DNA from: an uncultured Candidatus Saccharibacteria bacterium
GTDB taxonomy: Bacteria > Patescibacteriota > Minisyncoccia > Phycocordibacterales > Phycocordibacteraceae
DNA length: 50,128 nucleotides
NCBI GenBank assembly: GCA_964563365.1
Contig: CAZLVR010000001.1
Coordinates: forward strand, 1 to 50,128
Direction: 5' to 3'
In this document: positions 25,753-34,163 of the stretch, piece by piece
Numbering within the stretch: position 1 is the first letter of the stretch
How the letters are laid out: each line of letters opens with the position of its first letter
Made by a program: the position numbers and the translations under genes
Notes under the pieces: generated by a model
Seen by the model: the letters and a program-made list of their open reading frames with translations, nothing else
The model's database searches: none
Told to the model about the DNA's origin: nothing

Positions 25753-26397
25753 ATGCAGATCGACTCTCTGTTGCGAGCGGCCGAGCATCGGGCACTGCGC
25801 GTGACCTCGCTTACGGGCCGGGTGCTCGACCTTGGCGGCGATGCGCGCGCCGGATACCGGGCACTCTATCCTGATGCGCTATTCACGACTGTGAACATCG
25901 ATCCGGACGCATGCCCGGAAATCGTTCATGATCTCGAACTTCCACTGCCTATCGAAGATGGGGTGTATGACCATGCGCTTCTTATGAATGTGCTCGAACA
26001 CGTCTTTGAATATAGACAACTCATACGGGAATCCGCCCGCGTTATCCGAGCTGGAGGTTCTGTGGTGATTGTTGTTCCGTTTCTATTCCCCTATCATCCG
26101 TCACCACGCGACTTCTGGCGCTTTAGCAGTGATGCGCTCCGTCGCGAATGCGAAGCCGCAGGTCTCGTAGTCGAATCGCTCCTCCCGCTCGGTTCCGGCG
26201 TATTCGCTGCGCGGTCGGTGATGCTTGACCGGCTCCTGCCGTTTCCATTGCGTGCTGTCCTGTACGTACTGCGGCCACTCATTGGAGGAGTTGACGCGCT
26301 CTTCGCCGCCTTCGCTCGGATGCTTGGGAAGAAGTACGTGCCCGCTGACTATGCGCTCGGCTATATCGTCGTGGCGGGGAAACCTGGCACCCCTTAG
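25753..26397 (+). CDS. Class I SAM-dependent methyltransferase
   Basis: I chose ATG 25753 because the track's 25678 start would read through the terminator. Motifs VLDLGGDARAG and LMNVLEHV are present. Confidence 0.75.
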   Translation: MQIDSLLRAAEHRALRVTSLTGRVLDLGGDARAGYRALYPDALFTTVNIDPDACPEIVHDLELPLPIEDGVYDHALLMNVLEHVFEYRQLIRESARVIRAGGSVVIVVPFLFPYHPSPRDFWRFSSDALRRECEAAGLVVESLLPLGSGVFAARSVMLDRLLPFPLRAVLYVLRPLIGGVDALFAAFARMLGKKYVPADYALGYIVVAGKPGTP

Positions 26398-26589
26398 AAC
26401 ACTGGGAGTCGTATAAGTCTGTCCCTGCAGTGCGTCTGTAGGTAGAAGGATAAATTACAGCATATAGTCTATACATGAGACGTAGACGCTTCTCAAGCGT
26501 TGCTTATCATGTTCTGATATTCAAGAGAATCTTGCGGATTATGTGGAAAGAATTGGCATCACGCTTTCCCTTATGGCACTCTGTAATGA

Positions 26590-27291
26590 ATGAATTGGCA
26601 TAAATTCCCGCCTAGTCGATTCTTGTTTAGCCGACTCATACCAAAACGGACAAAAGGACTGTATCTGGACAGATATGATTTTTGCATCAGTCCTGCAATT
26701 GCACGCGGAACATACGAGCAAGAAGAGGTGAGGCTGCTGCGAACTATTGTTACCCCGGGCAGCATCGCGGTCGATATTGGAGCCAACATAGGGTTCTTTA
26801 CTAATGAGTTTCTGAAGCTCGGTGCTGAAGTACATGCATTCGAGCCCGCAAGCCGTTCGTTTGAGATTCTTCGAAAAAATGCACCCCAGGCTCGGTTGTA
26901 TCGATGCGCAATTTCTGATTCATTTGCATCGAAAGAGTTATATCTGAACGACTACAATCACGGAGATAATCGACTGCTTGAACGCGGTATGGATTCTGAG
27001 CCGGTATTTACTGTCCCCTTGGATGCATTTAACCTGTCACCTCATTTTATCAAGATTGATACTCAAGGCTCTGAAGTGAAAGTCCTACGCGGCGCACGTG
27101 AGACGATTGCGCGCTCGCACCCCACGTTACTTGTAGAATACTGGCCTAAAGGCCTCTTTGAACAAGGGAATAGCGGCGAAGAGCTCATTTCTCTTTTGGA
27201 GGAACTGGGTTACGACATCCGAGGCGACATATCTGGATGCTCGCCAGGTAATGGTCAATTCGTGAATCTCCTGTGTGTCCATTCTCCTTGA
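26590..27291 (+). CDS. FkbM-family methyltransferase
   Basis: AVDIGANIGFFT, AFEP and IKIDTQGSEVKVLRG. GC content is visibly lower than in the flanking sequence. Confidence 0.8.
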   Translation: MNWHKFPPSRFLFSRLIPKRTKGLYLDRYDFCISPAIARGTYEQEEVRLLRTIVTPGSIAVDIGANIGFFTNEFLKLGAEVHAFEPASRSFEILRKNAPQARLYRCAISDSFASKELYLNDYNHGDNRLLERGMDSEPVFTVPLDAFNLSPHFIKIDTQGSEVKVLRGARETIARSHPTLLVEYWPKGLFEQGNSGEELISLLEELGYDIRGDISGCSPGNGQFVNLLCVHSP

Positions 27292-27415
27292 GGAGTCGAT
27301 ACGTCTGAAAAAATGGGTATTGCAGAGGGTGAAAGAAATCGACACGTCCTGGTTGCATTCCGTGTGAATAATAAGGGAAAGTATTTGTATCGCGCACGCG
27401 ATTTTCTTTTCGGAT

Positions 27416-28543
27416 TTAAGATGTTGTTACAATCCGATAGAGCGCGCGTAGTTTCTCCACGCTTCGTTCCCATGAGAATGTGGCCACACGTGCCGTGCCG
27501 CTGTGGACCAGTTGTGAGCGCAACGCCACATCTTCTGAGATACGTATGATGGCGCATGCGATATCATCAATCGTTCCTGGGTTGAACAAGAGAGCAGCAT
27601 CGCCAGCAGTCTCCGGCAGAGCTGTCGCATTTGCGCACGCAATTGGGATACCGGTAGCCATTGCTTCAAGTAACGGGAGCCCAAAGCCTTCATGTAACGA
27701 TGGATAGATAAGTGCATGTGCCGTTGCATATACGCCTGGCAAATCTTCGTCAGAGATATATGGGGCGCATATGACCTTATCAGTGAGGTCGAGTCGCTCG
27801 ATTGCACGCTCGACCTTGTCAGAGTAAGAAGGTGTGTGCCGGCCGCCGATGAGCACGAGCGGGAGGAGCACACCACGCTTCCGAGCCAAGGCATACGCTT
27901 CGACGAGACGAAGAATGTTCTTGTGCGGATCAAATCGCCCGACCGAGAGTAGGTAACGCGCTGGTAGATGGCTAGCGGGCCGTCTGTTGCTCGTTGGTTG
28001 TAGAAAATGAGACGGAAGCGCGTTTGGTATCACTGTGATACGTTCCGGGTTGATGCAATACGACCGTGCAATTTCCTCTTTAGCATAACGCGATACCGCG
28101 ATAATGCAGTCCATTCGTGAATGTAAGAAACGGTTCGTGAACATGAAAAGGAAATCCGCGAGCCCTTTTGTATAGAGCGGCAGCATTACGCCCGCATCGT
28201 GTGGTGTTACAATTATGCGTCGCGCTTTCGTAGCTAGGTAGGATGGCCAAACCCTGGGTGTTAGGTAATGGACAATATCAAATGGTTTTTGTAGCGAAAG
28301 CCAGAATACCAGCTCACGCAGGACAGTACGGTCAAACGGACCGGGCAGATGCGGAATACGCAGCGTCGGGTACTTCGCGTAGATCGGGTCGTCTGACGGT
28401 TCATGGTGAATAAGAGTGATATCGAACTCGTCCGAGGGAAGAAGCCGGGCGAGCAGCTCGCGTGCCACGCCTGCGGTGCCGCGCGCGCTTCTTCCATCTA
28501 TGACGCTCGTGACAATCCCGATGCGCGGTCTCCTGGTAGTCAT
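27416..28543 (-). CDS. Glycosyltransferase family 4
   Basis: HEGFGLPLLEAMATGIPIACAN in a GT-B layout. Confidence 0.85.
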   Translation of the reverse strand: MTTRRPRIGIVTSVIDGRSARGTAGVARELLARLLPSDEFDITLIHHEPSDDPIYAKYPTLRIPHLPGPFDRTVLRELVFWLSLQKPFDIVHYLTPRVWPSYLATKARRIIVTPHDAGVMLPLYTKGLADFLFMFTNRFLHSRMDCIIAVSRYAKEEIARSYCINPERITVIPNALPSHFLQPTSNRRPASHLPARYLLSVGRFDPHKNILRLVEAYALARKRGVLLPLVLIGGRHTPSYSDKVERAIERLDLTDKVICAPYISDEDLPGVYATAHALIYPSLHEGFGLPLLEAMATGIPIACANATALPETAGDAALLFNPGTIDDIACAIIRISEDVALRSQLVHSGTARVATFSWERSVEKLRALYRIVTTS

Positions 28544-28577
28544 GATATGTAGAGTATAGCGAGAGACGGTCTTCGGT

Positions 28578-28614
28578 GGAAAAGAGAGGGGCCGCGCAGG
28601 TGGTGCGCGGCCCC
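28578..28614 (-). terminator. Rho-independent terminator (minus strand)
   Basis: ggggccgcgc / gcgcggcccc forms a 10-bp stem (28588-28614) with a 7-nt loop. On the minus strand it is followed by UCUCUUUUCC. Confidence 0.75.
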
Positions 28615-28620
28615 TTCGCC

Positions 28621-29112
28621 TTAGCGGCGGGTTGCCCGTTCAAGGATCACCGGGATCATCTTCTTATGATGCGCGAGGGTGTCGGCAGGGAGGTTCATAG
28701 GGTCGAACCATGAACCGGAGCCGGTATACGGCCCGTCGAGCCTCGTCGCATGGAGTAGCGCGATTGCGTGGCGCGGCGAAGCCGCGTCGCGCAAGCACTC
28801 GAACCAGCCGAGCGACGCTGGCCAGAGCACCGGGGCGCACACCTCATTCCTGAGGAGGCGCGCCACGGCCTCGTCGACCGATTCGCCGCTGCGTATGACG
28901 GTGCCCGGCATATGCCACTGCGGAGCGAACTCCGGATCATCGGCCCCGCGCCGGAACATAAGAATGCGTCCGGTAGCGTCAAAGACGCACAGCTCGATAG
29001 GAACCGAGACTATCTTGCGCATGAGCGCATGAAAGACCGGCTGAGGAATGAACCCATCGTCGAGCTTGCTGAGCAGCCTAGTGAGCTGCGCAACTTCTGT
29101 TTCTTCCAACAT
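28621..29112 (-). CDS. Nudix-family hydrolase, GDP-mannose mannosyl hydrolase (WcaH/NudD)-like layout
   Basis: Degenerate Nudix box PGTVIRSGESVDEAVARLLRNEV, preceded by VPIELCVFDATGRILMFRR. The subfamily call rests on remembered similarity only. Confidence 0.55.
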   Translation of the reverse strand: MLEETEVAQLTRLLSKLDDGFIPQPVFHALMRKIVSVPIELCVFDATGRILMFRRGADDPEFAPQWHMPGTVIRSGESVDEAVARLLRNEVCAPVLWPASLGWFECLRDAASPRHAIALLHATRLDGPYTGSGSWFDPMNLPADTLAHHKKMIPVILERATRR

Positions 29113-29173
29113 CTACATGCTCCTCTTGCTGTCGATGTGATTTTATTTTAATACATTTATGAAAAGAGTCAAT

Positions 29174-29201
29174 AATCTACGGGTACCTATGAAATCTACG
29201 G
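29174..29201. repeat. Two direct AATCTACGG copies 19 bp apart in a divergent AT-rich promoter gap
   Basis: aatctacgg occurs at 29174-29182 and 29193-29201. TATACT (29202-29207) lies only about 10 nt upstream of ATG 29217. Confidence 0.4.
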
Positions 29202-29216
29202 TATACTCGGATATCT

Positions 29217-30287
29217 ATGGCAGCGAACACGACGCATCGGAAGCGGGGCGCCGCCGAGGCTGAGAAGCCAGGGAAGGAGGCACCGACAATTCTCATCACC
29301 GGCGGACTCGGGTTCATCTTCTCGTACGTCACCGAGTATTTCGTCGGCAAAGGCTATCGAGTGGTCGTTATCGACAATCTCTCCGAAGGATCGCATCCGG
29401 AAATCATCGACGGCTCGTTCATCCATCATGATGCGCACATGGCCGATGAGGCGGTCATCGACCTTATCGTAAACGAACGTCCCGACTACCTCATTCATGC
29501 GGCGGCGATGACCGACGTGGATTATTCGATTCGCGAACCGTATCGTACGCTCAAGAAGAATACGCTCGGCACGCTCCATGCGTTTGAGGCTGCGCGCCGC
29601 CTCCCGGACCTGAAGAAGTTCATGTATGTGGCAACCGATGAGATATACGGGTCGCGAGAGGAGCCGGCGCAGGAGCACGAAGCGCTCAGGGCGACGAACC
29701 CGTATTCAGCCTCGAAAGCTATCGGCTCGCTTGTCCATCTCGCGTATGAAAACACGTATCCGGAACTCCTCGGGAAACTGGTCGAGGTACGGCCGTGCAA
29801 TGCATTCGGCCCGCGACAGGATAGCCGGAAGATCATGCCGCAGCTGAAGAAGGCAATTACGGAAGAGTACTCGATCCCGCTTCATCATGAAGGCAAAGGC
29901 CATCGCGAATTCCTGTATGTGAAGAACATTCCGCCAGCGATCGAACTGCTCCTTGAGAAGGGGACTGGCGCATATAATCTTACAAGCGGAGATGGATATA
30001 CGGTGCGTGAGCTCATCGAGAAGGTTGAAGCCGCCTCCGGAAAGAAGGTGAAGACGCATCCTTCGCATCGCCCTGGGATGGATCTGCGCTACGTCGTAGA
30101 TGCCAGCCGCATGCGCGATCTTGGGTGGAAGCCACTCTACACCTTCGAAGAAGGGCTCGCTGAATATCTTGAGCTGCCGGAGGTCGTGCATCGTTCGATC
30201 GCCCGCGGCGAACGTGATGCGCAACGCAGCCCGTTGCAGCGGTTGTTCCGCTCGATACTGCGCACAATCAAACGCTATGGCCGCTAA
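29217..30287 (+). CDS. NDP-sugar 4,6-dehydratase/epimerase (extended SDR)
   Basis: ILITGGLGFIFSYV, VVVIDNLSEGS, and the catalytic NPYSASKAIGS (YxxxK). Confidence 0.85.
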   Translation: MAANTTHRKRGAAEAEKPGKEAPTILITGGLGFIFSYVTEYFVGKGYRVVVIDNLSEGSHPEIIDGSFIHHDAHMADEAVIDLIVNERPDYLIHAAAMTDVDYSIREPYRTLKKNTLGTLHAFEAARRLPDLKKFMYVATDEIYGSREEPAQEHEALRATNPYSASKAIGSLVHLAYENTYPELLGKLVEVRPCNAFGPRQDSRKIMPQLKKAITEEYSIPLHHEGKGHREFLYVKNIPPAIELLLEKGTGAYNLTSGDGYTVRELIEKVEAASGKKVKTHPSHRPGMDLRYVVDASRMRDLGWKPLYTFEEGLAEYLELPEVVHRSIARGERDAQRSPLQRLFRSILRTIKRYGR

Positions 30288-31503
30288 AAAGAAATCATTC
30301 GTTCCAGGGGAGGATTGGGTATGGTATGCGCCGTCCCGCTTCGATTCATACGGGGAGGAGGAGATACGTGCGGTCACTGAATCGCTTCGCGCCGGATGGC
30401 TTACGGCTGGTCCCCGCGCAGCGGAGTTCGAGAAGACAATCGCAAGCCTCTTCGGCAAGAAGCACGGCCTCTTCGTGAACTCAGGCTCGTCCGCCAACCT
30501 GCTTGCGCTCGAGGCGCTTAATTTGCCCCGCGGGTCAGAGGTCATCACGCCTGCCTGCAATTTCAATACCACCGTCGCGCCAATCGTCCAGAAAGGCCTC
30601 GTCCCGGTCTTCGTTGACGTGAAGGAAGGATTCTATACCCTCGACCCTGCAGAGCTTCCGAAGGCGCTCTCAAAGAAGACGCGTGCCATCTTCGTCCCGC
30701 ATCTTATTGGAAATCTGGTCGATCTACCGGCTATACGCGCCTTCGCGAAGAAGCACAAGCTTATCGTTATAGAAGACTCGTGCGACACCATCGGCGGTAC
30801 CTTCCGCGGCACAAAGACTGGCACCTATGCGGACGTGACGACCACAAGCTTCTACGCATCGCACCTGGTCACCGCGGGCGGCTCCGGCGGCATGGTCATG
30901 ATGAATGACCCGAAGCTGCGCGAGCGCGCACGCATCTTCCGGGACTGGGGACGCGGTATAACCAAGCATGACGACAAGATCCGCTCCCGCCTTACGTTCC
31001 TGATTGACGGAAAGCCGTACGACAGTGCGTTCGCGTTCGTTGAACAGGGCTATAATATGCGTCCGACCGAGATGCAGGCAGCGTTTGGACTCGAGCAGCT
31101 GAACCGTCTCCCGGGCTTCCTCAAGAAGCGGCAGGAGAACTATGAGGCGCTCCGCGAGTTCCTTGCCCGCCATGAGCAGCATTTCATACTGCCCGAGACC
31201 GAGCCGGGCGTGACGAGCAACTGGCTCGCGTTCCCGATCACGATACGCAAAGGCTCGCCATTAGAGAGAAACGCGCTCGCGCGACATCTCGAGGACAATC
31301 ATATCCAGACGCGCCCGCTTTTCTCCGGCAACATTACCCGGCATCCGGCGTATCGCGGCGTCGGCCGTGTTATCGGCAAGCTTCCGGTATCGAGCCACAT
31401 CTTCCGGAACTCGCTCCTCATCGGGGTGCATCACGGCATGACCCGGGAGATGCGCGAGCATGTCATGCGTACGATCGAATCGTTCATTGCGCGACACACA
31501 TAA
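30277..31503 (+). CDS. DegT/DnrJ/EryC1 family sugar 3-dehydratase-like enzyme (ColD/RfbH-like; His replaces the PLP lysine)
   Basis: Start at ATG 30277 (MAAKKKSFVPGEDW). VNSGSSANLLALEAL is present. SFYASHLVTAGGSGG carries His196 (codon 30862-30864) where aminotransferases have Lys. The FRDWGRG, GYNMRPTEMQAA and NWLAFPITI blocks parallel RfbH and ColD. Confidence 0.8.
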   Translation: MAAKKKSFVPGEDWVWYAPSRFDSYGEEEIRAVTESLRAGWLTAGPRAAEFEKTIASLFGKKHGLFVNSGSSANLLALEALNLPRGSEVITPACNFNTTVAPIVQKGLVPVFVDVKEGFYTLDPAELPKALSKKTRAIFVPHLIGNLVDLPAIRAFAKKHKLIVIEDSCDTIGGTFRGTKTGTYADVTTTSFYASHLVTAGGSGGMVMMNDPKLRERARIFRDWGRGITKHDDKIRSRLTFLIDGKPYDSAFAFVEQGYNMRPTEMQAAFGLEQLNRLPGFLKKRQENYEALREFLARHEQHFILPETEPGVTSNWLAFPITIRKGSPLERNALARHLEDNHIQTRPLFSGNITRHPAYRGVGRVIGKLPVSSHIFRNSLLIGVHHGMTREMREHVMRTIESFIARHT

Positions 31504-31507
31504 TGAT

Positions 31508-32431
31508 ATGGCGCGCGTCCTCCTCACCGGTGCAGGCGGATTCATCGGAGCCAATCTTGCGCGCGCGCTTCTTGCACGCGGCGATGAGGTGCATGCCTGC
31601 GTGCGTTCTCCACGCGACGCGTGGCGTCTCGCAGGTTTGGATAGGCGCCTCACGCTCCATACCACTGATTTCACCGATGCGGCAAGCATACGTTCTGTCG
31701 TTGCCGCTGTACGACCGGAGCTGGTGTACCATCTCGCGCATTACGGGGGGAATCGTGGCCAAGAAGATGCCTCGCTTATACGCCGCACCATCATCGACGG
31801 CACCGCGCACCTCTATGACGCGTGTGCCGAGTACGACCCCTTCATCGTCCATGCGGGCAGTTCCTCGGAATACGGTACGAAGACAGAGCCGATGCGCGAG
31901 GATATGCTGCCGGAGCCGACGACCGAATACGGCCTCGCGAAGCTCTGGGCGACGCTCCACGGAGAGCGATTGCGTCGCGAGATGGGCGCGAAGATCACGA
32001 CACTCCGCCTCTTTAGCGTCTACGGTCCGTATGAAGCAAGGACGCGCCTCATCCCGGCTACGACGCTCGCATTCCTGTCTGGAACCGTCCCGCCACTCTC
32101 GAACAAGGACACGGCACGTGATTTCGTGTATGTCGGAGATGTGTGCGATGCGTTTCTTCTCGCCCCCTCACGTCCGTGCGGGGTCTACAATATCGGAACT
32201 GGGATCGAATCGACTCTTGAACGTGCGGTCGAACTGATTCGGACCGAGGCCGGCTCCTCGCTTCCGCTTGCGTGGGGGACGATGGACGGTCGGGTGTTTG
32301 ATACGGCGCACTGGGTTGCGGATACGACGAAGACGTCCCGTGAGCTCGGATGGACGCCGTCGATCTCGCTTGCGGACGGCATACGCTCCACTGTCGCCTG
32401 GTTCACCGAACATCGGTCACTCTATGCGTAA
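31508..32431 (+). CDS. NAD(P)-dependent sugar epimerase/reductase (extended SDR)
   Basis: Start at ATG 31508 (MARVLLTGAGGFIGANL). Catalytic TEYGLAKLW (YxxxK). Confidence 0.85.
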   Translation: MARVLLTGAGGFIGANLARALLARGDEVHACVRSPRDAWRLAGLDRRLTLHTTDFTDAASIRSVVAAVRPELVYHLAHYGGNRGQEDASLIRRTIIDGTAHLYDACAEYDPFIVHAGSSSEYGTKTEPMREDMLPEPTTEYGLAKLWATLHGERLRREMGAKITTLRLFSVYGPYEARTRLIPATTLAFLSGTVPPLSNKDTARDFVYVGDVCDAFLLAPSRPCGVYNIGTGIESTLERAVELIRTEAGSSLPLAWGTMDGRVFDTAHWVADTTKTSRELGWTPSISLADGIRSTVAWFTEHRSLYA

Positions 32432-33242
32432 CAGCCTTTCATACGACAAACTGGCTGAGCGAGCGCTTGATGCGCGCCGGCGCTACCTTACTATCGCCGC
32501 GAACACGGGCGCGCTCCATATTGGTTCGTCGCTCTCGCAGATAGACATACTTGTTGCCCTCTATGCTGGGTTCTTGAACGTGTCGCCGGCGACCGTTACT
32601 GATCCTGCGCGCGATCGTTTCATTCTGAGCAAGGGGCATGCGGCGCTCGGCTACTATGTCGTGCTTGCGCAGAGTGGCTTTATTCCATGGGAAGAAGTCG
32701 AATCGTATGGGAAGGATGGGACGAAGCTCGCCGCTCATCCGGTTCTCGGCTCGGCCCCCGGAATCGAAGCCACGAGCGGATCGCTCGGCCACGGCCTTCC
32801 GATAGGTGTCGGGATGGCGCTTGCGGCGAAGCGGGCGAAGAATGGCGCGCGCGTTGTCGTGCTCCTGAGCGATGGCGAGTGCGATGAGGGCTCAAACTGG
32901 GAGGCGATACTGCTTGCGGGACACCTGAAGCTCGACAACCTGCTCGTTATCGTGGACTACAACAAGATCCAGTCATTCGGTAGGACCGAGGATGTGCTTG
33001 ATCTTGAACCGTTTGCGGATAAGTGGCGCGCGGCGCGCTTTGATGTGCAGGAAGTCGACGGCCATTCGTTTGAGGCGCTCATCCCTGCGCTCTCCGCCGT
33101 GCCGCGAGCCGCCGGCCCGAGTGTCATCATCGCGCATACGATAAAAGGGAAGGGCGTGCCATACATGGAGAACACGCTCGAATGGCATTATTTCAATCTG
33201 AAGCCGGAGAACCTCGATGAGGCGCTCGCATCCCTTATCTAG
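32424..33242 (+). CDS. Transketolase, N-terminal (ThDP-binding) subunit
   Basis: Start at ATG 32424 (MRNSLSYDKL). LSKGHAALGYY, GSLGHGLPIGVGMALA and LLSDGECDEGSNWEA. Confidence 0.85.
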   Translation: MRNSLSYDKLAERALDARRRYLTIAANTGALHIGSSLSQIDILVALYAGFLNVSPATVTDPARDRFILSKGHAALGYYVVLAQSGFIPWEEVESYGKDGTKLAAHPVLGSAPGIEATSGSLGHGLPIGVGMALAAKRAKNGARVVVLLSDGECDEGSNWEAILLAGHLKLDNLLVIVDYNKIQSFGRTEDVLDLEPFADKWRAARFDVQEVDGHSFEALIPALSAVPRAAGPSVIIAHTIKGKGVPYMENTLEWHYFNLKPENLDEALASLI

Positions 33243-33245
33243 CCT

Positions 33246-34163
33246 ATGCGTACCGCTTTCGTAGAGACGCTGACCGAACTTGCTGAAAAGGACGAGCGCG
33301 TCTGGCTCGTGACCGGAGATCTCGGTTTTTCCGTATTCGAGGAGTTTGCGAAGCGCTTTCCGGATCGCTACTTGAATGTGGGAGTTGCGGAACAGGATAT
33401 GATTGGCGTCTCGGCCGGGCTCGCTCTCTCGGGCATGCGTCCGTTCGCGTATTCCATCTCGACGTTCGCGAGCATGCGAGCCTACGAGCAGATACGCAAT
33501 GATGTCTGCTATCAGAACCTCCCGGTCGTCATCGTGGGCGGCGGCAGTACGTTTAGTTATAGTACATTCGGCGCCACGCACATGCCGCTTGAGGACGTTG
33601 CTATCATGCGCGCGCTGCCAAACATGCGCGTCGCGGTTCCCGGCGACCCCGCAGAGGTGCGCGCGCTTCTTACCGCGCTCCATCAGGAGTCAGGGCCCGG
33701 GTATATGCGCATCGCGAAGAAGGGAGAGCCGGTTGTACATACGGATCAGAGCGGCATTACACTCGGCATGATGAGTCTCATGCGCGACGGATCGGACGGA
33801 ACCATCATGGTGTCGGGGCGGCAGCTGCCGAACGCGCTTGCGGCAGCAGACCTCCTCGCCGGGCGAGGGATCCAGCCGCGTGTCCTTTCGGCGCATACGG
33901 TGAAGCCATTCGATGCTGCTGCGACCGTGCGTGCCGCGAAGGAGACTGGAGCGATACTTACGGTCGAGGAACATTCGCGCGTCGGCGGTCTCGCATCTGC
34001 GGTTGCCGACGTGCTTGCCAGTGAGCGTCTCGCCGTCCCGTTCTCAGCGCTTGCTGTCTCAGACAGCTTCCCGAAAGGCGTAGGCAGTCAGGAGTATTTC
34101 CTCGCTGCGCACAGCCTCACAGCAGAGGGCGTCGCCGACGCGCTTGCTGCGTTGCGTACATGA
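33246..34163 (+). CDS. Transketolase, C-terminal (pyrimidine-binding) subunit
   Basis: VGVAEQDMIGVSAGLALSGMRPFAYSISTFA and the C-terminal block TVEEHSRVGGLASAV. Confidence 0.85.
   Translation: MRTAFVETLTELAEKDERVWLVTGDLGFSVFEEFAKRFPDRYLNVGVAEQDMIGVSAGLALSGMRPFAYSISTFASMRAYEQIRNDVCYQNLPVVIVGGGSTFSYSTFGATHMPLEDVAIMRALPNMRVAVPGDPAEVRALLTALHQESGPGYMRIAKKGEPVVHTDQSGITLGMMSLMRDGSDGTIMVSGRQLPNALAAADLLAGRGIQPRVLSAHTVKPFDAAATVRAAKETGAILTVEEHSRVGGLASAVADVLASERLAVPFSALAVSDSFPKGVGSQEYFLAAHSLTAEGVADALAALRT

Noticed and set aside
30100-30276. N-terminal extensions offered by the ORF track (30100, 32268, 36059, 31460, 14495, 25678, 6942, 8878, 8159)
   Set aside because: The extensions overlap the preceding gene or a terminator and have Arg/Cys-rich, non-protein-like sequence. 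Internal ATGs lie at or just after the upstream stop, or behind an SD, and coincide with the conserved family N-termini.
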